DNA of 64,000 nucleotides from Gammaproteobacteria bacterium (GCA_026989015.1 JALSKD010000177.1:401-64400); one strand, 5' to 3'; shown: positions 48,145-58,650, numbered from the stretch's first letter. Notes: generated from the sequence alone by a model not told the origin. Translations and numbers: made by a program.

Positions 48145-49418
48145 CATTGCCGTCCGCTTGCGTCCTCCAGCCAGCCGTCCAGCTCCGCCAGCGGCATCGG
48201 CCGCGCCAGCAGATACCCCTGGATCAGCTCACACCCCATGTCCCTGAGCAGTGCACGGGTCTCTTCGTCCTCCACGCCCTCGGCCACTACCCGCATCTGC
48301 AGCCCGCGGGCCATCAGGATCAGCGACTTGACGATATGGGCGTCCATGGTCTGGCCGGTCATGTTGGCGATGAAGGAACGGTCGATCTTGAGCTCACAGG
48401 CCGGGATGCGTCGCAGATAGGTCATGGTCGAATAGCCCGTGCCAAAATCGTCGATCGACAGACCGATACCCAGCTCCCTCAGGGCCTGCAGGGTATCGAC
48501 CGCCTGATCCAGGCGCGAGATGACCGCGGACTCGGTCACTTCGAGCACCAGACGCGCGGGATCGAAGCCCCAGATCGCCAGCGCCGCACGCACATCATCG
48601 ACGATGTCCTGGCGCTGCAGCAACTGGGCTGAAAGGTTGATCGACACATGGCCGATGCCGTTCCGCGACGCCATTTCGCGCATGACCGCGTTCAGCGTCC
48701 AGGTGGTGATTTCCTCGATCAGTGTGCTGCGTTCGGCAATGGGTATGAACAGGTCCGGGCGCACGAAGCCCTGTGCCCCGTTGCGCCAGCGGATCAACGC
48801 CTCCACTCCATGCAGGCGGCCGTCATCCAGCCGCTGCTGGGGCTGGTAGTACATGGCCAGCTGACCCCGGTCGGCGGCCTGTCTCAGGTCGTGTTCCAGA
48901 TCCCAGTCGATGATGCCTTCTTCGACGGTCTGCCGGTCCCCATCGAAGGCATAGCCTTCCGGGGTTTGGCGCGCGTTCAGCAGTGCCCGCTCCAGCCTGC
49001 GTAGACAGGACTCCAGATCTGCAGGTGCCTGCGCCGGGTCGAACAGGGCCGCCCCGATTGCCAGACTCAGGTGATGGGTTTCACCATCGATCGCATAGAC
49101 CGCGCTGAGTAGGGCGTGCAGGCGCGCAAGGGCCAGCCGTGCATGCCCCGGATTGCGAATGCCTTGCAACACAATCAGGTAGTCGGCATTGCCGATGCGT
49201 TCGGCGATGCCCTTCCCGCTGACGAAACCCTCGACGCGCTGTGCAAGCGCCTCCAGCAGGCGGTCCACCCGCCGATAGCCATGACTCAGATTGAGTTGTC
49301 GCAGGCGATTGACGCCAACCAGCAATACGGCCCGAATCCCTTCCTCTTCCCATGACGCCTCAGTCAGCTGCGCCTCGATGCGCTGCAGGGCGGCGGATCG
49401 GCAACGGTCCAGGCTCAC
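48144..49418 (-). CDS. c-di-GMP phosphodiesterase: degenerate GGDEF + EAL domain protein
   Basis: EAL signature (…EALIRW…, …LVLEVTES…, DDFGTGYS, …KIDRSFI…). The N-terminal GGDEF-like region lacks an intact GG(D/E)EF motif. Confidence 0.8.
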   Translation of the reverse strand: MSLDRCRSAALQRIEAQLTEASWEEEGIRAVLLVGVNRLRQLNLSHGYRRVDRLLEALAQRVEGFVSGKGIAERIGNADYLIVLQGIRNPGHARLALARLHALLSAVYAIDGETHHLSLAIGAALFDPAQAPADLESCLRRLERALLNARQTPEGYAFDGDRQTVEEGIIDWDLEHDLRQAADRGQLAMYYQPQQRLDDGRLHGVEALIRWRNGAQGFVRPDLFIPIAERSTLIEEITTWTLNAVMREMASRNGIGHVSINLSAQLLQRQDIVDDVRAALAIWGFDPARLVLEVTESAVISRLDQAVDTLQALRELGIGLSIDDFGTGYSTMTYLRRIPACELKIDRSFIANMTGQTMDAHIVKSLILMARGLQMRVVAEGVEDEETRALLRDMGCELIQGYLLARPMPLAELDGWLEDASGRQ

Positions 49419-50698
49419 AGGTACAACTCGTCCGGGTCGAGCCCGTAGCTTCCCGGCTCAAGGGTCTTGACGATGGCCAGCGGCTCACCCTCGCTGTCCC
49501 GCTCTACGTGGAGCAGATCGACGATATCGAAATTCGCATACATGCGTTTTTTCCGGTCCAGCAGCAGCATCACCTTGGGCCGCAAGCGCCGGGTACGGTG
49601 CTGGGCGATGACCACGCCGACCTGCCCGCTGCTCAGTTCGACCAACGTCCCCACCGGATAGACACCGATCACCTGGATGAACTGCTCGATCAGCTCCTCC
49701 TGGAATTCACGGCCGCGCCAGGCATACAGCCGGTTCACCGCCTCGTGGGGGGATACGGCGCTGGCATAGGGGCGCTGCGAGGTGATGGCCTCGTAACAAT
49801 CCACCAGCCCGCCGATGCGGCCGAACAAGGGAATCTGCGTGCCTTTCAGCCCCTGTGAATAACCGGAACCGTCATGCCGCTCATGGTGGGTCTGCACCAT
49901 GGACAGCACCTCAGGGGGTATGCCGGCAATGCCGGACACGATGTCGACACTGTGATCGACATGGCGCTGAATGATGCGAAACTCCTCCGCATCGAAGCGG
50001 CCCGGCTTGTCGAGCAGATGGCCGGGGCAACGCAGCTTCCCGACATCCAGCAACAGCCCGCCCAGGCCGAGCACATCCAAATCCTCCCGCGGCAATCCGA
50101 GGTGCCTGCCAAAGGCGATCGCCCAGATCGCGGTATTGACCGCGTGATAATAGCTGTAGTCCTGCTTGGCCCTGAGGCGGGTCAGCCAGGTAAAGGCGTC
50201 CGGGTTGCGGACGATACTGTCCACCATCGGCGTCACCACAACTTCCAGATCCTCGTAGCACACCTCATGCTGCTGCCCCAGTTCCCGTACCAGGTACTTG
50301 AGCTGCACCGACAAGCGGGCATGGGCGGCCCGTGCCACGCGGTATTCGCGGGTGAATTCACTGCGTTCGGGATAGGGTTCCGGTTCCCGCCCGGTCAACG
50401 CGCGCAGGCGCTGAGCCGGATCGACCACCGGTATCCCTGTCGTGGTCTGGCCACCGCTGAAGTCGCCCGAGTGAGGGGCCGTTGCCTGGACTTCGGGGGT
50501 GCTGCGGTAGCGATCGACATAGACATGCCGGCAGCAGGCGGCCAGGCGGGCAATATCCTGTTCCGTGCGAATCAGCTTGCCCTGCAACGGAAACTTCGTC
50601 TCTTCCCAGGGCCGATCCAGACGGCTCACATACATGCCAACTCGAAGATCCTCGACCGCAACCTGAGTCTCTACGATACCCACATTCGCTCTCCGCAA
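49415..50698 (-). CDS. HD-GYP domain c-di-GMP phosphodiesterase
   Basis: …HAVNTAIWAIAFGRHLGL…LLLDVGKL…HHERHDGSGYSQGL… gives HD and GYP motifs. ATGA overlap with the downstream EAL gene. Confidence 0.8.
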   Translation of the reverse strand: MRRANVGIVETQVAVEDLRVGMYVSRLDRPWEETKFPLQGKLIRTEQDIARLAACCRHVYVDRYRSTPEVQATAPHSGDFSGGQTTTGIPVVDPAQRLRALTGREPEPYPERSEFTREYRVARAAHARLSVQLKYLVRELGQQHEVCYEDLEVVVTPMVDSIVRNPDAFTWLTRLRAKQDYSYYHAVNTAIWAIAFGRHLGLPREDLDVLGLGGLLLDVGKLRCPGHLLDKPGRFDAEEFRIIQRHVDHSVDIVSGIAGIPPEVLSMVQTHHERHDGSGYSQGLKGTQIPLFGRIGGLVDCYEAITSQRPYASAVSPHEAVNRLYAWRGREFQEELIEQFIQVIGVYPVGTLVELSSGQVGVVIAQHRTRRLRPKVMLLLDRKKRMYANFDIVDLLHVERDSEGEPLAIVKTLEPGSYGLDPDELYL

Positions 50699-50760
50699 GA
50701 CATCAAATCCGGAGTATAGGCCAATGCCACAAGGCTGCAGGCTGCATTCCGCGCCAGCGA

Positions 50761-51816
50761 TCAGGCGGAGCGCGGAAACACCACCAGATGATCGAATTCG
50801 AGGCGGATGCCTATGGACTCGCCGATGGCATGATCATGGTGACTCGGCACCAGCGCCAGCAACTCGGCTCCGCTGGGCATGCGCAGGCTGTAGAGGAATT
50901 CCGATCCGCGAAACGCCCGGTCGATGACGATGGCCTGATCCGGCGCGGCATCGTCGTGGATCAGGTCATCGGGGCGAACCAGCACATCCACAAGGCAGCC
51001 CGGGCGGCATTCGGGGGGCGTCACGCCACTCAGCAGGCCGAGTTCGGTTTCCACGCCCTCGTCGGTGACGCGCCCCGGCAACAACACGCCTTCGCCAATG
51101 AAGCCGGCGACGAACCGGTTGACCGGCCGGTGGTAGAGGTTGTAGGCCGAATCACACTGCTGCAGACGGCCCGACTCCAGCACGCAGATGCGGTCGGCCA
51201 TGGCGAAGGCTTCATGCTGGTCGTGGGTGACCAGGATCGCCGAAATGCCTTCCTGACGCAGGATGTTGCGCACTTCGCGGGCCAGGCTTTCGCGCAGGGT
51301 CACATCGAGACTGGAGAACGGCTCGTCCAGCAACAACAGTGATGGACGGGGCGCCAGGGCACGGGCCAGTGCCACCCGCTGTTGCTGCCCGCCCGACAAC
51401 TGATGCGGCCAGGCTTTGGCCATTCCGGGCAGACCGACCAGAGCCAGCAGTTCGGCGACCCGCGCATGCCGTTTGCCCGCCGGCCAGCCACGCAGTCCAA
51501 ACGCAATGTTGTCCCCGATACTGAGGTGCGGAAACAGCGCGAAATCCTGGAACACCATGCCGATACCGCGCTGTTCCGGCGGCCGGCACAGTCCGCGCCC
51601 GGTCACCAGCACCCCATCGAGCCGGATGTCTCCCTGATCCGGCATCTGGAAGCCGGCGATGCAGCGCAGCACCGTGGTTTTGCCGCAGCCGCTGGGCCCG
51701 AGCAGGCAGCCGAGTTCACCCCTCTGAAGTTCGAGATCGATCCCGTCGACCGCCGTATCGCGCCCGAAACGGACCCGCACCCCCTTCACCTCCAGTATCG
51801 TCAGCGCGTCATTCAT
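50761..51816 (-). CDS. fbpC: Fe(3+)/polyamine-type ABC transporter ATP-binding protein (FbpC-like)
   Basis: GPSGCGKTT Walker A and LSGGQQQRVALARAL signature, plus a C-terminal TOBE-like region. Confidence 0.8.
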   Translation of the reverse strand: MNDALTILEVKGVRVRFGRDTAVDGIDLELQRGELGCLLGPSGCGKTTVLRCIAGFQMPDQGDIRLDGVLVTGRGLCRPPEQRGIGMVFQDFALFPHLSIGDNIAFGLRGWPAGKRHARVAELLALVGLPGMAKAWPHQLSGGQQQRVALARALAPRPSLLLLDEPFSSLDVTLRESLAREVRNILRQEGISAILVTHDQHEAFAMADRICVLESGRLQQCDSAYNLYHRPVNRFVAGFIGEGVLLPGRVTDEGVETELGLLSGVTPPECRPGCLVDVLVRPDDLIHDDAAPDQAIVIDRAFRGSEFLYSLRMPSGAELLALVPSHHDHAIGESIGIRLEFDHLVVFPRSA

Positions 51817-53470
51817 GCCCGGCCCTCGCCTGGGAGATGCTGCGGCTCAGATAGACCACCGGCAGCAGGCCAACGGCGACGATCGCCAGCGCCGCGCTGC
51901 TCGAATCCGCCAGTCGCTCGTCGGAAGCCAGTTCGAAGGCACGCACCGCCAGTGTATTGAAATCGAAGGGGCGCAGGATCAGCGTGGCCGGCAATTCCTT
52001 CATCACATCGACGAACACGATCAGCAGCGCCGTCAGCAGGGACCCCTTCATCAGCGGCATGTGCACGCGCTGCAGACTGGCACGCGGACGGTACCCCAGT
52101 GAGCGGGCGGCATCGTCCATCGAGGGCCGGATCTTGTCCAGTCCGGCCTCCACCGTCTGCAGGCTGACCGCCAGGAAGCGCACCATATAGGCGAAGATCA
52201 GCGCAAACAGGCTGCCGCTGAGCAACAGACCGCTGGACAGGCCCAGATGTGCGCGCAACCAGGCGTCCAGTGCGTTGTCGAAGGCCGCCAGCGGGATCAT
52301 CACCCCGACGGCGATGACCGCCCCCGGCACCGCATAGCCCAGGGTGGCCACCCGTGAGGCTATGCGCAGGCCGCGGGTCGGCATCAACCGCTTGCCGTAA
52401 CCCAGCAGCAGCGCAAGCACCAGGGCCAGCAGCGCGGCCACGGCGCCCAGCATCAGCGTGTTCAGAACCAGCCGGCGAAACTCCGCGTCGAGGGGCTCCA
52501 GTCCCCCAAGCCAGGCCCAGTACCCCAGCTGCAGTGCCGGCAGCAGAAACCCCAGCACGACCGGCAGCAGGCACAGCGCAAAGGCCAGCCAACGCAACCC
52601 GCCCCTGAGCCGGTATTCCGGAAGCCGGGAATAACGCCCGGTGGTGTGGTGATAGCGGGACTGCCGCCGCGAGGCCCGTTCCAGCAGCATCAGCAGGAAC
52701 ACCAACAACAGCAACAAGGCCGACAGCCGCGCCGCGGCGACACTGTCGCCCATGCCAAACCAGGTCCGGAAGATGCCGGTGGTGAACACCGGCAGACCGA
52801 AATAGGCCACGGTGCCGTAATCCGCCAGCGTCTCCATCAGCGCCAGTGACAACCCGGCGACGATTGCCGGGCGCGCCAGCGGCAGTGCCACACGGAAGAA
52901 ACTGCAGAACGGGCCACAGCCCAGGGTGCGGCTCACTTCGAGGACGCACACCGACTGTTCGAGAAAGGCGGCCCGACCGAGCAGATAGACATAGGGATAG
53001 AGCACCAGCGTCAGCATCGCAATGGCACCCCCAAGCGACCGGATCTCCGGAAACCGGTAGTCGCCATATCCCCAGCCCGTCTGCTCCCGCAGCAGGGTCT
53101 GGACCGGACCGGCAAAATCGAGCATGCCGGTCCAGGTATAGGCGATGATGTAGGCCGGCATTGCCAGCGGCAGCAGAAGTGCCCAGCTGAAAAAGGCCTT
53201 GCCCGGGAAACGGCACATGGCCGTTAGCCAAGCCGTGGACACCCCCACCAGCAGAACGCCGATGCCCACCCCCAGTACCAGCCAGGCCGAATTGGCCAGG
53301 TACTCCGGCAGCACCGTCTGCTTCAGATGCAGCCAGTTCTCCCCCGCCGGCTGCAGCAGAAACCCGGTGACGGTCAGCACCGGCAGGCTCAGCACCAAAG
53401 CCAACAGGATCAGGCCTGGGCGCCAGAGCCGGGTCAATCCGGACATCTGGCTGCTGCACTGCGGGTTCAT
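51809..53470 (-). CDS. fbpB: Fe(3+) ABC transporter permease (two fused permease domains, FbpB-like)
   Basis: 553 aa with a duplicated 6-TM permease. Overlaps the fbpC start. Confidence 0.8.
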   Translation of the reverse strand: MNPQCSSQMSGLTRLWRPGLILLALVLSLPVLTVTGFLLQPAGENWLHLKQTVLPEYLANSAWLVLGVGIGVLLVGVSTAWLTAMCRFPGKAFFSWALLLPLAMPAYIIAYTWTGMLDFAGPVQTLLREQTGWGYGDYRFPEIRSLGGAIAMLTLVLYPYVYLLGRAAFLEQSVCVLEVSRTLGCGPFCSFFRVALPLARPAIVAGLSLALMETLADYGTVAYFGLPVFTTGIFRTWFGMGDSVAAARLSALLLLLVFLLMLLERASRRQSRYHHTTGRYSRLPEYRLRGGLRWLAFALCLLPVVLGFLLPALQLGYWAWLGGLEPLDAEFRRLVLNTLMLGAVAALLALVLALLLGYGKRLMPTRGLRIASRVATLGYAVPGAVIAVGVMIPLAAFDNALDAWLRAHLGLSSGLLLSGSLFALIFAYMVRFLAVSLQTVEAGLDKIRPSMDDAARSLGYRPRASLQRVHMPLMKGSLLTALLIVFVDVMKELPATLILRPFDFNTLAVRAFELASDERLADSSSAALAIVAVGLLPVVYLSRSISQARAGHE

Positions 53471-53494
53471 CGCCTCCGACCGCCTGGCAGCGCG

Positions 53495-54508
53495 TCAGCG
53501 CCAACCGGCCCGATCCATGATGCGCACCGCCTCGGGATTGAGCTCACCCAGACGGTCGAGGTTGACCCGATCCGCCTTGAATTCACCCCAGCTTCTCACC
53601 CGCTCGCTGACCGGCACGCCCTCGACCACCGGGTATTCGTAGTTGACTTCGGCATACCACTGCTGAGCCTCCGGGCTGACCAGAAATTCCAGCAGGCGGA
53701 TCGCGGCATCACGGTTTTTCGCATGGCGCGTGACCCCGGCTCCACTGACATTCACATGCGTGCCCCGATCCTGCTGATTGGGCCACAGCAAGCCCATCTT
53801 GCGCGCTGCTTCCCGCTGCGCCGGATTCTTGCGGCTGGTCAGCATCTTGCCGTAGTAATAGGTATTGGCCACCGCCAGATCACAGACACCGGCCGCCGCG
53901 GCCATGATCTGGTCACGATCACCGCCGCGCGGCGGGCGAGCCATGTTGCGCACCAGACCCCGGACCCATTCCTCGGTGGCCTGCTCGCCATTGGCCAGGA
54001 TCATCGAAGCCACCAGCGACTGGTTGTAGATGTTGCCGGAACCGCGGATGCAGATACGCCCCTTCCATTTCGGGTCGGCCAGGTCCTCGTAGCGGGCCAG
54101 TTCGGACGGCTGTACCCGCTCCCGGTTGTAGAAAATGACGCGCGCCCGCTGCGACAGTCCGTACCACTGGCCGCCGGGATCGCGCAGCTGGGCCGGGACC
54201 GCGGCCTTGAGCGTCTCGCTCTCCACTGGCTGCAAAACTCCCGCCTTCTTGGCCCGGTGCAGGCGCCCCGCATCGACCGTGATGAACAGGTCCGCGGGGG
54301 TATTGCGCCCCTCGTTCTGCAGGCGCACCAGCAACTTGTCGGCCTTGGCGGTGACCAGCCGTGTCTTGATGCCCGTCTGTTCGCTGAACCGCTCCAGCAA
54401 GGGCTTGATCAATGCTTCCTTGCGGCCGGAATAGACATTGACCTCCGCCGACTGGACGGGCGTGGCCAGATTGATCAGCGGCAATAACAGCAACAGCTTC
54501 TTGAACAT
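53495..54508 (-). CDS. fbpA: Fe(3+) ABC transporter periplasmic substrate-binding protein (FbpA/AfuA-like)
   Basis: Signal peptide; …VNVYSGRKEALIKPLLERFSEQTGIKTRLV…TPADLFITVDAGRL… resembles FbpA. Confidence 0.8.
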   Translation of the reverse strand: MFKKLLLLLPLINLATPVQSAEVNVYSGRKEALIKPLLERFSEQTGIKTRLVTAKADKLLVRLQNEGRNTPADLFITVDAGRLHRAKKAGVLQPVESETLKAAVPAQLRDPGGQWYGLSQRARVIFYNRERVQPSELARYEDLADPKWKGRICIRGSGNIYNQSLVASMILANGEQATEEWVRGLVRNMARPPRGGDRDQIMAAAAGVCDLAVANTYYYGKMLTSRKNPAQREAARKMGLLWPNQQDRGTHVNVSGAGVTRHAKNRDAAIRLLEFLVSPEAQQWYAEVNYEYPVVEGVPVSERVRSWGEFKADRVNLDRLGELNPEAVRIMDRAGWR

Positions 54509-54579
54509 GATTTGACCTCCGGTATAGCTCGGGTTAAACAGGGATGGCGCGTATCCTAATCAAGCTCGATTTCAATGTA

Positions 54580-54598
54580 AACAATAATTATTCTCATT
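54580..54598. promoter_or_regulatory. Candidate Fur box (AACAATAATTATTCTCATT) upstream of fbpABC
   Basis: AT-rich, with GATAAT-like hexamer repeats; an island in a 65% GC genome, located 70-90 bp upstream of the fbpA start. Confidence 0.35.
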
Positions 54599-54601
54599 TG
54601 C

Positions 54602-57436
54602 ATGACAAATCCACTCCCCCTGCCTCAATTCAACCGGCTGATCGCCCCGGACGCCTTTCTGTGGGAACGCCTGAATGATCTGCTCGAAGCACACTCCATC
54701 GTGCTCGACGACACGGCTTCCCAACGGCTGAGAAGGCTGGCCACCGCCAGCGGTTATGCACTTCAGCAACTGACGCGGTATCCACAGTGGGTGAGCGCAC
54801 TCATCCCCGGCACGGCCTTTACACTGGACCCGGAACAGCTGGCTGCCCGGTTTGCCGTCATCGAGGATACGGATACGCTGAAACAGGCCCTGCGCGAGGC
54901 ACGACACAGGCATCTTCTTGAAATCATCTGCCTCGATGTGTGCGACGGTCAGGATGTGGATACCAGCCTGCGGCAACTGAGCGCGCTGGCCGACTGCCTG
55001 ATCCGTCTGGCTTTGGAGCGCATCGAGGCGCTGCTGGCGAAACGCCACGGCCAGCCGAGGGATCAGAAGGGCGAGCCACTGACCCTGAATGTCATCGGCA
55101 TGGGCAAACTGGGCGGTAGGGAGCTCAATTTCAGCTCCGACATCGATCTCATCTGTCTGTACCGCGAGGATGGCGAACTGTCCGGTTTCGGCAAGCTCAG
55201 TCACCAGCAGTTCTTCACCCAGGTCACCCGCCAGCTCGTGCAATGCCTCAACGACAGCACTGAAGACGGCTTCGTCTACCGGGTGGACCTGCGTCTTCGA
55301 CCCTGGGGAGATGCGGGGCCAGTGGCGATGAGCCATGCCGCCTTCGAGCATTATTATCAACTGCATGGGCGTGACTGGGAACAATACGCCATGGTCAAGG
55401 CGCGGGTCATCACCGGCAGCGATGCGGACCGCGAAGCCATAGAAGGCATCATCCGGCCATTCGTTTACCGCCGTTACCATGACTACCGCGTGTTCGACGG
55501 CCTGGCGCGCCTGAAGAACCGCATCGACAGCGAAGCCCGACGCAAGGGCGCCCTCGACAACATCAAGATCGGCAAGGGCGGCATACGCGAAATCGAGTTT
55601 TTCGTGCAGGCCTTCCAGATCCTCAGGGGCGGACGCAACCACCGGCTGCAGACCCGCAGCCTGCTGCGTGCACTTGAGGTCCTGGAAGACGAATCCGTCA
55701 TCCCCGCACAGACCGCCCGCGAGCTGCGCGACGCCTACCGCTTTCTGCGCCTGCTGGAAAACCGCATCCAGATGCAACAGGACCAGCAGACCCATGTCCT
55801 GCCCGCCGACGCCATCACGCGCGCACGCATCGCCGCCCTGCTCGATGACGGAGAATGGGAACGGCTGATGAGCGAGCTCGATCACCACCGGAAACGGGTC
55901 AGCCATCACTTCGACCGCCTGTTCCGCGAGGCCGGATCGCCGGATGAACAGCCGGTGCAGGCGCTGGACGAGCTGGATGACAACGCGCTGCAGGCATGCC
56001 TGGAAACAATCGGCTACCCCGAACCGGCGGCAGTCAGCGAACAGCTGCGGGCCTTCTTCCGATCCCGCCCCCTGCTCTATCTCTCGCAACAGGCCAAACA
56101 ACGCCTGCAAGCCATCCTGCCGCTGCTGCTGGAACAGGCCGCGCGGCATGACGACAGCACGCAACTGGTGGAGCGGTTGCTGCAACTTCTCAATGCCATC
56201 GCCGGACGCAGCGCCTATTACGAACTGCTCTACCAAAACCGGCCGCTGCTGGAAAAACTGGTCGATACCTTCGCCTCCAGTGCCTGGATTGCCGATCAGG
56301 TCACCCGCTACCCGATGCTGCTGGAGACCCTGCTCTGGCCCGGCGACCCGCAAGAGCGTTTCAACCGCCAGATGCTAGCGGACAGCCTCGACCGCCAACT
56401 GACCAATGTCGCCGGTGATATCGAACTGGAGCTGGATGTGCTGCGCCAGTTCAAGCGGGCCCAGACCCTGGTGATCGCCGTCGCCGAACTGGCCGGGGAA
56501 CTGGATGCCCTGCAGGCCGCGGAACATCTCAGCACCCTCGCCGAGCTGCTGCTTCAGACCGTCCACGATCGCGCGCTGGAAGAATTGCGCCAGCAGCATG
56601 GCCGGCCCCTGTACCGCAGCGACGGGAAAACCCGTGAAGCCCGCCTCGGTATCATCGGCTATGGCAAGCTGGGCGGGCGCGAACTGCATTACCGCTCCGA
56701 CCTCGACATCATCTTCCTGCACGACTCCGGCACAGAAGCGGCCATGACCGATGGCCAGCGGCCCATCGACAACGGCCAGTTCTTCGCCCGCCTGGCACAG
56801 AAAATCATCTCCCGCATCACCCTGCTCACCGCCGCCGGCAAGCTCTACGAGATCGACACCCGACTGCGCCCCGACGGCGCCTCGGGCATGCTGGTCTCAT
56901 CGCTGTCGGCCTTCCGCGACTACCAGTGCCACAAGGCCTGGACCTGGGAACACCAGGCGCTGGTGCGCGCCCGTCATGTTGCCGGAGATCCGGCCATTGC
57001 CGAACCCTTCGAGGCCATTCGCCGGGAGGTGCTCACCCTGCCCCGCGATGCCGGAACACTGAAGCACGACATCCTCGAGATGCGCGAGCGGATGTACCGC
57101 GCCAAGCGCCCCCCCGAAGGCGAAACCGTCAACCTCAAGCACTCGCGCGGCGGGCTGGTGGACATCGAATTCCTGGTGCAGTACCGGGTGCTGGCCGGGG
57201 CAAATAAATTTGCCAGCCTGATCCAAAGAACCGATAATGCGGGGCTGTTGAGCGCGCTGCACGAAGTCGGTTTGATCGACGACGATTGCGTGCATTTGCG
57301 CGATATCTATCGCATTTTCCATCAGTGGTTACACGCCCGGGTGCTGCAGAACCGCAGCGCCGACATCGAGGCGGCCCCGCTACGCAAGGAGCTGGAACGG
57401 GTCCGCGCCTGCTGGCATCGATGGCTGGAGTCGTAG
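54602..57436 (+). CDS. glnE: Bifunctional glutamine synthetase adenylyltransferase / adenylyl-removing enzyme
   Basis: 944 aa with two nucleotidyltransferase domains (…IGMGKLGGRELNFSSDIDLI… and …IGYGKLGGRELHYRSDLDIIFLHD…). Confidence 0.9.
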   Translation: MTNPLPLPQFNRLIAPDAFLWERLNDLLEAHSIVLDDTASQRLRRLATASGYALQQLTRYPQWVSALIPGTAFTLDPEQLAARFAVIEDTDTLKQALREARHRHLLEIICLDVCDGQDVDTSLRQLSALADCLIRLALERIEALLAKRHGQPRDQKGEPLTLNVIGMGKLGGRELNFSSDIDLICLYREDGELSGFGKLSHQQFFTQVTRQLVQCLNDSTEDGFVYRVDLRLRPWGDAGPVAMSHAAFEHYYQLHGRDWEQYAMVKARVITGSDADREAIEGIIRPFVYRRYHDYRVFDGLARLKNRIDSEARRKGALDNIKIGKGGIREIEFFVQAFQILRGGRNHRLQTRSLLRALEVLEDESVIPAQTARELRDAYRFLRLLENRIQMQQDQQTHVLPADAITRARIAALLDDGEWERLMSELDHHRKRVSHHFDRLFREAGSPDEQPVQALDELDDNALQACLETIGYPEPAAVSEQLRAFFRSRPLLYLSQQAKQRLQAILPLLLEQAARHDDSTQLVERLLQLLNAIAGRSAYYELLYQNRPLLEKLVDTFASSAWIADQVTRYPMLLETLLWPGDPQERFNRQMLADSLDRQLTNVAGDIELELDVLRQFKRAQTLVIAVAELAGELDALQAAEHLSTLAELLLQTVHDRALEELRQQHGRPLYRSDGKTREARLGIIGYGKLGGRELHYRSDLDIIFLHDSGTEAAMTDGQRPIDNGQFFARLAQKIISRITLLTAAGKLYEIDTRLRPDGASGMLVSSLSAFRDYQCHKAWTWEHQALVRARHVAGDPAIAEPFEAIRREVLTLPRDAGTLKHDILEMRERMYRAKRPPEGETVNLKHSRGGLVDIEFLVQYRVLAGANKFASLIQRTDNAGLLSALHEVGLIDDDCVHLRDIYRIFHQWLHARVLQNRSADIEAAPLRKELERVRACWHRWLES

Positions 57437-57464
57437 CCCGTACAGAAGAAGTCGAGTAGCAATC

Positions 57465-58388
57465 ATGTCGATGTCGGATCGAGACGGTGTCATCTGGTTT
57501 GATGGCGAACTGGTGCCCTGGCGCGAAGCCAAGGTCCATGTACTGACCCATACCCTGCACTACGGCATGGGCGCCTTCGAGGGCGTGCGCGCCTACCACG
57601 CCGATCAGGGCACCGCGATCTTCGCCCTCGATGCCCACACCCGCCGCCTGATCGATTCCTGCAAGATCCTCGGCATGAAACTGCCGTTCAGCCATGCCGA
57701 ACTCAACCAGGCTCAGATAGACTCGGTGCGTGAAAACCGGCTCGACAGCGCCTACATCCGCCCAATGGTGTTCTACGGCTCCGAGGGCATGGGCCTGCGC
57801 GCCGACAACCTCAGCGTGCATGTCATCGTCGCCGCCTGGGAATGGGGCGCCTACCTCGGCGCCGAGGGCATGGAGAAAGGCATCCGCATCAAGACCTCAT
57901 CCTACACCCGCCATCACGTCAACATCGCGATGACCAAGGCCAAGGCCAACGGCCAGTACATCAACTCGATGCTGGCACTGCAATCGGCCATCGAGGACGG
58001 CTATGACGAGGCCCTGCTGCTGGATCCTGAAGGCTATGTGGCCGAGGGCAGCGGCGAGAACATCTTCGTCATCCGCGACGGCGTCATCTACACCCCCGAG
58101 GTGACCTCGGCGCTCAACGGCATCACCCGCAAAACACTGTTCATGCTGGCGCGCGAGGAGCTGGGTCTGGAAATCGTCGAAAAACGCATCACCCGCGACG
58201 AGATCTACATCGCCGACGAAGCCTTTTTCACCGGCACCGCGGCCGAGGTCACGCCGATCCGCGAACTGGACAACCGTCCGATCGGCAGCGGCAGCCGCGG
58301 CCCGATCACCGAGCGGCTGCAGACGGCCTATTTCGACCTGGTACACGGCCGCAACGCGAAGCACCTCGACATGCTGACCTTCGTCTGA
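57465..58388 (+). CDS. ilvE: Branched-chain amino acid aminotransferase
   Basis: …WFDGELVPWREAKVHVLTHTLHYGMGAFEGVRAY… and …EVTSALNGITR… (PLP fold type IV). Confidence 0.9.
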   Translation: MSMSDRDGVIWFDGELVPWREAKVHVLTHTLHYGMGAFEGVRAYHADQGTAIFALDAHTRRLIDSCKILGMKLPFSHAELNQAQIDSVRENRLDSAYIRPMVFYGSEGMGLRADNLSVHVIVAAWEWGAYLGAEGMEKGIRIKTSSYTRHHVNIAMTKAKANGQYINSMLALQSAIEDGYDEALLLDPEGYVAEGSGENIFVIRDGVIYTPEVTSALNGITRKTLFMLAREELGLEIVEKRITRDEIYIADEAFFTGTAAEVTPIRELDNRPIGSGSRGPITERLQTAYFDLVHGRNAKHLDMLTFV

Positions 58389-58401
58389 CCGGAGAACCCC
58401 G

Positions 58402-58635
58402 ATGACCAACCCCAACACCGCGCTGCACCCCGACCAGTACGCCACGCCCAATGCCAAGGCGGCCATCGAGGTGCGTCCAGAGGACCTGCCGGTGCATTGC
58501 CCAACCGAAGGCAGCGCCTTGTGGAATTCCCACCCCCAGGTCTATATCCCGGTGGTCGAAAACGGCGGCGAGGCGCGCTGCCCCTACTGCAGCGCCCTGT
58601 TCAAGCTAATCGGCGACCTGCCGCCCTCCTGCTGA
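58402..58635 (+). CDS. Small zinc-finger (CHCC-type) domain protein
   Basis: 77 aa with …LPVHCPTEG…ARCPYCSALF… four metal ligands. Confidence 0.6.
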   Translation: MTNPNTALHPDQYATPNAKAAIEVRPEDLPVHCPTEGSALWNSHPQVYIPVVENGGEARCPYCSALFKLIGDLPPSC

Positions 58636-58650
58636 AGCCGCCGCGGAGCG

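Noticed and set aside
54572-56353. 593-aa minus-strand ORF opposite glnE.
   Set aside because: Antisense to glnE.
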